Shown here one piece after another: positions 55,643 to 64,000 of a stretch of DNA of 64,000 nt. The position numbers and the translations under genes were made by a program. This DNA is from Eledone cirrhosa (Eukaryota), in contig OZ024745.1 of the NCBI GenBank assembly GCA_964016885.1, forward strand, positions 52,018,001 through 52,082,000. The letters are read 5' to 3'. The notes under the pieces are model-generated. The model made no database searches and was not told where the DNA came from. It saw nothing but the letters and a program-made list of their open reading frames with translations. Every line of letters starts with the position of its first letter. The stretch's first letter is position 1.

Positions 55643-56591
55643 AGAGAGGGGGAGATTGAGAGAATGAGAGAGAGAAATTATATTATTTTTGCAAAAGATA
55701 CGTGCCAGAAGAAACATATCCGAACTTAATTTGAATTTTGTCTTATCATATATACATATAAGTGTGTTTAGGCATTTGTATCTGTGTGAACCCATTTTTG
55801 TTTGCGTTATGTTGTTATTTGTTATGTATGGGTTTAATGCAAAATGGAGTTTCTTCTAAAATGTTCAATCCATTATTAGAAAATTTCAATTAACTGATAT
55901 GTTTTTATCTATAAAATACACTTGAACGAAAAAAATAAATATAAAACATTATCAAGCATAGTAATTTCATTTAAATAGCTCTGGAGCAGATGAGCTTTAA
56001 TTAATTACATTTAACCTGAGTCAAAATGGCTGAATGAGTTGATTAATTTAAAATAAATATTGTACAGAAAAAAAGAAAAAAAAATTCAGTAAAATGAAAA
56101 AAATATTAATTTACTTTAAAAAAGTGTGTACATTATTAATAAAAACATGACGTTTTCTTTATTTATTTTGTCCAAGAATAAACTTCTGCCATACATTGAA
56201 TCCATAGCTGTATGAAATATATTCATTTATAAGCTTTATATATAAAAGGAGCTTCTACGGATTTCTGTTAAAAGATAGGATAAGAAACAAAAATCGACGT
56301 AAAAAGATTATGAGTTACTGTCTCACTATTTATAATGATTTTCATGCTTTATTTAGATTTTGGACGGAAATTTAAACGTTTTTTTGGCAGATACTATTTA
56401 CTATATAATTGGCTACCAACAGCAGTGCAATATTTCGTTCAATGTCAAAATGAATGGAGACGAGCCAAATAACGATTAGGTGCGCGTTTGTAAACTCCGT
56501 TGTTACTATATGTATTTACATAATGACTATATATATGAGTCATACTAACCAATATTTTTAGTCAAATCGAAGATATTGATGAAAAGCATAG

Positions 56592-56645
<54 letters not shown>

Positions 56646-56900
56646 ATTTGTGTGTGTATGTGTGTGGTGTGTGTGTGTAAGTAAAATGTAAACAGAAATA
56701 ACTACACAATCGGTACATTAAGTGGAAGATAATATATTAGGTTAACGCTTGAATAGCACGGACGCTAGGCCTTCATCAGGAGAAAGAATGAGAAGTTGTG
56801 TTTATGTGTGTGATGTTTATGTATGTGTGTGTGTGTGTGTGTGTGTGTATGTCTGTATTTAGGTATATATGTGCGTGTATTTGAAATAATATATATATAC

Positions 56901-56934
<34 letters not shown>

Positions 56935-57842
56935 TTCTGTTTGTATTTAGATATATTCAAGAAATTAAGAAAGAAAGGAAAGTGTGGACTAAATGCGAAA
57001 ATGCTGATGGCTTTGTATCATTGATAAAGCCTATTAATTAATACTTACTTCTTTATACACTTAAGAAAGTGAACCAGATAACAATAAAACACACATCGCT
57101 TTTTAGACGTTTATCTTTTATATTGTGTTTTGCTTTTGTTGTTTTATGGTCCGATATATATTAGAAGAGGATGAATATTCTTTGTTACTCTAAAGCCAAT
57201 GCAATCGATCTTCAATTGTTTTGTTTCATCATCTTAGAGAACATTAGATACCATTCATTTGATACTATAACTTCGATAATTGAACTTCCTAAAAGTGCAT
57301 TTCCTTTATGTACTACATGTGTGTGTTTGTGTGTATAATTACCTTTTGAAAAGAAGTGAATGAGGATTAAAATGTAAGTATTAGTTTCCTTTAGATAAAA
57401 AGCGGGCTATGTAAATATAAAAAAAAGATAATGTAGATATGACGGAAAATCTCATAATTCTATGGTATTCAAACACCTTTATTAATTTCACCCATAGTAA
57501 GGGTTTTCACAATCAATTCCATGTTCACTGGGATTCTCTTTTATATTACATGTAGTGTAAAATATATGACACGCTTTATGTTTGCATGTGTGTAAAAAGT
57601 ATTTGTGGAAGAGGATTGGTAAGTGTGAGTGAGTGAGGCTGTGGTTGATGCTGGTGCAAAAAAAAGCTACACGGTATTATAGTTATAGTATAGAAAGGGA
57701 GGTATGATTATTTCTACATCGGTGCGTATTGTTAAGTCAAATATATATATATATATATATGTGTGTGTGCGTGTGAGTGTGTGTGTGTCTGTGTGTGTGT
57801 GTGTGTGTGCATGTGTGTGTATGTGTGTGTGTGTGTGTGTGT

Positions 57843-57995
57843 GGCCCGAGTTCAATCTGGGGTAACCACAGTATGTAAGGTACTCAATACATTGCAGAGT
57901 ATACATATTTAATATAGAAATGGCTTCTACATGACTAGAACTGTTCCATTCGAAGGAAACATTTCTAGTCCTGTAGAAACCATTTCTATACTTAA
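57843..57995 (-). mobile_element. Family E fold-back remnant with hammerhead 3' half
   Basis: Imperfect arms 57909-57947 and 57955-57995, tail 57843-57908; arm reads GAAA-CA-10nt-TG-TA. Confidence 0.6.
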
Positions 57996-58025
57996 TATAT
58001 ATATATATATATATATATATACGAG

Positions 58026-58098
<73 letters not shown>

Positions 58099-58375
58099 TA
58101 TAGATAGATATGTTTCTTTTATTTGCCACCAGGGCATCAAAAGTGGGACAAGTACAATGGGGGGAGTTTACAAAACAAGGCGTCCTCAATAAGGAGGAGG
58201 CAATAACAATATATAAAAATAAAATAAAATATAACAAAAAATAAAATTTATAACAAAGTCCTCAATAGAGAGGAGGCGCCTTGGGGGGTCGCACACACCC
58301 CCGAAAAAAAGTGTGCAACCCTTTTCCTCAGCAGCACAGAGAAGGGGTGCTCCCTTGGTCTTTCATCTTCCTCAC

Positions 58376-61300
58376 CTATAGTCTGATATAGAGTGAAGGC
58401 CCATTCACACGGGCCATTCTCGCCACTTTCACCCATCTTTCATAAAAACGGCTGGGGTGCAGCACCTCTCTCTCCATCCTGATCCTTCTTGCGAAATGAT
58501 ATCGGAAGAAACGGACCAGTTGTTGGCCAGAGAGAAAGATGTCTGACCTCAGTCCTTTCAGACGCGTCCACCATACAACCTCTTTCGCCATGGCTATTAC
58601 GCACAGAAACACCGCCGCCTCTCCTTCGTTTTTGAAGAGGGGGGGCGGCTTGATAGTTACAATAGACTCGGTGGTCAACCGGATCGGTCCCACCCTTGAC
58701 ACCAGTTGTTCAACATAGCTCCACAGATCAGCAATGCCCGAGCAGTGTACCAATGCGTGTGCAACGGTTTCCTCGTCGCACACGCATCTGGGACAGATCT
58801 TTTTCGATGGGTCCCTACCCGGGCGCCCGTGTCTGTAGAGCTTTCTCGAACGGGCAGAGCCCTTCTGTAGCATTGCCAGGCCAGGGACCTCTGGAAGTTA
58901 TCCATGGGTCCCGGGCTGAATGTTCTACCGAACAGGTTGGCCAGTTCGTATTCCTCCATGCCTTGGGCTTCTCTGAGGGCGTCGTCGCACCTGCTAACCA
59001 CCAGCCCTCTATAGAATGACGAGGTGGATTCTCCACTGACAGCCGGGTCCGCCTGCCAGAGAGCCGTGAGCGCCTGGACACACGGTGTGCCAGGCGCCCA
59101 GTTTTCTCGGTCTTTGCTTGACCCAGGATTGCAGCTCCGTGAGTGAGACGAGTCTGGGAAAGGCTCGCCTCACAAACGGGGCCCACACCGGTTGACCGGA
59201 GAGGAATACCTGAAGGTGCCGTAGCCTTAATGCGTGTTTACGTATCATTAGCCACGGCCTCCCCAGCCCTCCTTTCGAAGGGTGTTGACAGCAGATGGAT
59301 CTCCTCACCATAGGAGCCCGCTTCTTCCAAAGGAATTGGAAAAGTGCGCGCTCCATTTTGGCAAGCGTTTCCCTTGGGCAAGGCACAACGATCAGGCGGT
59401 AGTAGATGACGGACGCTATATAAGTGTTCGCCACCTCCGCCCGACCTTTCAGGGACAGTTTGCACTCGGCCCACTTCTGGGTCAGTGCAAACACCCTGTC
59501 TGTTACCTCACCCCAGTTCTTCTCCACCTGGAGGTCTGGTCCGAACCAGACCCCGAGCAACTTCACCGGGCCCTCCGTCCAACGCCTGACGACGCCAACG
59601 GAGGGCATCGATCTGCCCCTCCACGTGCGAGTTGCAGACCGATCGACTTGTCCCGGTTCAGCTTAGCCCCTGTAAACCTTTCGTACTCCTCTAGTAAGGT
59701 GCCGATCGCCCCGATTTCCGCGGCCGTCGACACCATTACTGTTACGTCATCGGCGTAGGCTGACACCGCTTTCCGCAATCCCGGTTCCAACGGGATGCCC
59801 TGCAACAACTCCAATTTCCGCAGCAGTGGCTCTAGAGTCATTACATACAGAAGGGAGGAGAGAGGGCACCCCTGTCGGATGGACCGCGCGATTTCGAACG
59901 GCTCCGAGAGGTACCCGTTCACCTTGACCCTAGAGCAGATGCGGCTGCTGTGCATGGCATTGATCCAGCCCCTGAAAACGGGTCCGAAGCCTGCCGCCGC
60001 TAGCACCGCATCCAGGTAACCATGGTCGACCCTATCGAATGCCTTAGATTTATCCAAGTTGATCAGGGCCCCACCAAAGCCGGGTTCGTTCCCAACCCTC
60101 TCTATAATGTATCGCATGAGGTGGATATTGTCGTGGATGGACCTGGACGGGATAGCACATGTCTGCGCCTCTCCCACCAGGTTGCCCACGACAAGCGCCA
60201 ACCTCTTTGCTAGCACCTTGGCCAAAATCTGTAACTCTGTATTTAGCAGAGTTATGTTCTCGTCCTTCCTCACTAGCGTGACTACGCCCTTGGTCACAGC
60301 ACAGGGAATTCTCCCGTTCTGTTGCCAGTTGCAGTAGACCGCCTCGAGGAGATCGGGAAACAAGTCCGGCATAGCTAGATATAGTTCGTATGGAAGACCA
60401 TCGAGACCCGGGGATTTGCGTTTGCCGCATTGGCTCTGCACGTCCTCTATCTCAGCGACTCAAATCGGCTCCTCGCAGGACTTCGCCTCCCTGTGCGAGA
60501 GACGCGGCAGGCCGTCGAGGTATGGACCGAAGTCCACATGCCCAACCGGTCCCCCGCCCCTCCGAACAATCCAGCAAAGTGCTTTTGAAAAGCCTCGCAC
60601 ATCTGCTTAGGTTCAAGGATCACCTGTCCATCCTGGTCTCGCAAAGACCGGATAGTGGATCTGCTCCCTCTTTTGGCTTCTGTCACGCGGGCCCAGCTAA
60701 CAGCTTTGGTCCCCTCGTTTCCCAGAGCACGTATTTTGCTTCGGACGATGCAGCCTTCGTGTTTCGCGTCGAAGAACTGGCCCAGGGCCGTTCTCGAGGC
60801 TAGCACTCTGGCCACGTCGCCGCTTCTAATTGCCTCTTCTACACTATCTACCAACTTCCTTTCCTTCCTATTTCTATTTGAGGCTAACTCCTTACTAAAT
60901 TCTATAGAGACTACTCTAATCTCTCTTTTGAGAGATCCCCACCACCTGCTGTTGACGATGGCGCCCGTCAACCGCTCCTTAACTAAAGTGCTAATCCGGT
61001 CCCTGTAAGCCTTACTTGCCGGTAAGGACAAGTTGAGCTTCCAGTAACCGGGTCCCTGTCTATGCGTTCTGTCAAGGTTGATCATGCAGGTCACAAAGTT
61101 GTGTTCTGAATAGCCAACCATGCGCATTTTTGGACAACTTAAAAAGTCCTTATCCTTAATTCTAACTAAGAACCTATCTAGGTACGACCTAGATGATCCG
61201 CTACGATTTGCCCAAGTTCAGGTTGGCGCAGTCGGAAAATATAGTCGATATCTATCGGCCAGGTCAAATCGACCGATTAACCCTTTGAGGCTATTACACC

Positions 61301-61775
61301 CCTCTCTATCGGGACAGGCCCCTACGTAGTTCCAGCGTGCATCTAGGATACCATTCCAGTCCCCCACTAATAGCAAGGAGCGGGACGTCCCCAGAAAAGT
61401 CTCCAGACGATGGAAGAAGTCCGGCCGCATTGACCCGAAAGGAGCGTAGGCGGCTACCAACTTAAACGCTCCGCCTTAACCACTGCCAAGGTCCAGAACC
61501 ACTAGTCGACCCTCCGAGTCCAAATGTACCATCTGTGTTGCGAGACCCAGATGTTTTTGCAGCAGAACGACAACCCCACCCCCACCTCCGGGCTGACAGA
61601 GAGATGCGTGCATCTCAAAGTCATCAAAGGTGGGGGCCAGCTGTCGTACGTTGCTGATCCGGGCCTCGCAAATAACCATCACATCTATACGTTGTGACCT
61701 GAGGTCATTTAGAAGCATTGCTTGCTTCCAAGTTGAGCCCAGGCCACGCGTATTTAAACAGCCTACTCTTAGCAT
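58376..61775 (-). pseudogene. Tx1 ORF2 (APE endonuclease, RT, C-terminal CCHC), frameshifted
   Basis: CLNTRGL, YAP, VGDWN, SEH, GPGYWKLN, KSPGLDGLPYELY, D.SKAFDRVDH, RQGCPLS..LY, YADDV, CPRC...ET..H...HC. Confidence 0.95.
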
Positions 61776-61805
61776 AGCAATGTTGGTGGTGAAGAGAAAA
61801 GGCAC

Positions 61806-63601
61806 TTACCTCTCTGCGTCCCGGGTATCGGGCTGCACAATTTCCATTAGGGTGGGGGATGGATTGTTGGGTGGGGTGGTGGTTTGTGAAAGTGTAGGGG
61901 CATCAGTGTGTTGTGTGGTTGGGGAGTTTGGAGTTGTGTGGGTGTTTGGGGAGGGGGTGGGGTAGTTTTTTAGGATGACGCGGTTAATGGGCCCGGCGCA
62001 GGGGGGACCCACGCCCTCTTTAACATTGTTTTTTAAAGTTTTATAGGTGTCCTGTGGGGCCTTAATCATTTTGAGGTGGAGGAAATCCCCTGCCTGGGTG
62101 AAGTTAGGCCCTTGTGTTTTTATTAGATTGTTGTTGTACACAATGTTTAACAGTTTTTTTGTTTTTTGTGTTTATGTATGTGTATGCATGTTTTTGTTTT
62201 TGTGTGGTGTTTTTTGTTTGCTGTTGTTGTGAGCTCTTTTGTGTTGGTGTCAGTGTTATGTTTTGGGGAGGGGTTGTTTTCATTTGTGTGTCTGAGGTGT
62301 GATTTCTTTTTTTTCTGTTGATTGTGTGGAAGTGCTCCTCCTCGTCTGACGACGAACTAGGGTCATCTTCCGCGTTGGAGGGGAGGGGTAAATTTTCAGG
62401 TTGTGTTTGCGGTGCGGGTGTTTTGGAAATTGTTTTTGTTTTTTGAGTGGAGGGGATGGGTTGGACATTGTTTTGTTTTGGTTTGAGCTGTGGTGGTTGT
62501 TTTTGTAGTGGTAGTTGTGGTGATTGTGTTGGTTGTGCAGTTGTTGGTGGTGTAGGCAGGATTGGGGTTTTCTTATCAAGTTGGGGACAGACAGCCCTCA
62601 GGTAACCTCTGGTTCCGCAGAGGTAACACGAGGGCCGCCTACCCTCAACGGTAATGTTAATGAAGGTTTGATCATCCAGTATGACGCGTTCAGGGATCTG
62701 GGCGATCCTTTCGGGCCTCATTTGAACTACAAGTTCGAGGCTCGTTCCACTGAACGCGTCACCCGATGCCTTTCCCATGGACACCAGCCTGTCATCCTCC
62801 AGGTCCAGGAAACCTGTTAAAACACACCATATGTCCATAATCGGCAGGATGGTGTGGATTTTTATTTTCTGTGTTCTTCTACCCATGTACGTAGGGTAGA
62901 AGGTGTATGCGGCGGATGTGATTGGTTTGATGGACAGTTTCACTGCTGTGTCCCTGTCCTTCATGAGAATGGATAGACTCCCGTAGAGTCTATCCTTCTG
63001 AATGAAGGTGATGTCCTTCATGACGTCTTTTAAAACCAGCTCTATCTCACTCTGTGATGGTTGAGCTGGTTTTTTGCTTTTATTCGAGATTGTCCTAAAC
63101 ATGACAGTGTTTAGGAGTCTCTGGCTTTTTAGTTCCGGGAGGGAATGGATTGTGAATGAACCATCTTCCCCGTACACTATATATTTTTTGGCATCTGCCA
63201 GTAGCTCCTTCGCTTTGGTTATATCTACTGGCAGATAGTCGAGGGTTTTCCTTGCTGTCTCGGCGAAGTAGAAATTTTTTTTTGTTTGTGTTGTTGTTGT
63301 CGTTGGTGGTGTTGTTGTTATCATTGTTGTTGTTGTCACAGTTATTGGTCTTCTTGTTGTTGTTATTGTTATTGGTGTTGTTTTCCTCCGTCGCATTGTT
63401 GTTGTTGTTGCTGTTGCTGGTGCCTCTGGTTCTTTGGGTTGTTGCCATGGCAACGTCAAGTTGTCGGTTAACAGGTGGAGAAAATCCTTCCTCTGGCTGA
63501 CCTTTCTTCTTGACCTCTGCTACTGTGACAGTGGCAGGGGAAAGCTGTAAGTTTATCTTCCCCTTTCCTCTTTCGAATTTTGGTGAAGAAGCTTCAGCCA
63601 T
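61806..63601 (-). pseudogene. Tx1 ORF1 with zinc knuckle, frameshifted
   Basis: ATG at 63601, Asn-rich stretch, VEGRRPSCYLCGTRGYLRAVC (CCHC with H>Y), P/Q/T-rich C-terminus; split over three ORFs. Confidence 0.88.
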
Positions 63602-63817
63602 TTAAAAAAATATTAACTTTTCAACAAGAAAAAACTTTTTTTTGTTTAACTATTTCGCCTAAAGGCGTAGAATATTTTGAGAGACTGACCAGATCAAAGT
63701 TTGACCTGGCAGTCCCTCTACAAAATGGTACAATAATGAAAGTTTACAATTAACAATTTCCGGATGAATTTAAACAAAACTTACCGAGCGAGCTCAGCAC
63801 ATGTGTCCATCGTAAAG

Positions 63818-63841
63818 AGATAGATAGATAGAGAGAGAGAG

Positions 63842-63924
<83 letters not shown>

Positions 63925-63927
63925 GTG

Positions 63928-64000
<73 letters not shown>
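63818..64000. repeat. (TAGA)n/(GA)n microsatellite
   Basis: Read directly. Confidence 0.95.

Larger units (their letters stand above)
58111..63816 (-). mobile_element. Near-full-length L1/Tx1-clade LINE embedded in (TAGA)n
   Basis: 5' UTR, ORF1, ORF2 (APE-RT-CCHC), 3' UTR ending AATAAAAGAAACA; (TAGA)n at 58026-58110 and 63818-63924. Confidence 0.95.

Noticed and set aside
56741-56783. Minus-strand CTGATGAAGGCC as a hammerhead
   Set aside because: No GAAA or supporting helices at the right spacing.

Overview
This is AT-rich eukaryotic DNA dense in (TA)n, (CA)n and (TAGA)n microsatellites. Its repeat content (Meta-domain SINEs, Naiad- and Neptune-type Penelope-like elements) suggests an octopod cephalopod; that assignment is an inference. 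No host gene can be supported, and most of the listed ORFs are microsatellite artefacts. Recognisable mobile DNA: several Penelope-like element (PLE) copies, a decayed Gypsy LTR retrotransposon (27.5-32.6 kb), a near-full-length L1/Tx1 LINE (58.1-63.8 kb) and a 3' fragment of it, both embedded in (TAGA)n, RTE, Chapaev-3 and DINE-like fragments, and SINEs. The most striking signal is a repeated architecture in at least five sequence-unrelated short families: (TA)n - short arm - turn - long arm with tail - (TA)n. The arms carry hammerhead ribozyme (HHR) motifs, and in four families the turn falls in or beside the hammerhead. The window also holds a 422-nt tandem retrozyme-like element with minimal HHRs and a family-wide HHR core variant (CAGAAGA with a CUU site). 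All folds were read by eye, coordinates may be off by a few bases, and no catalytic activity is shown.
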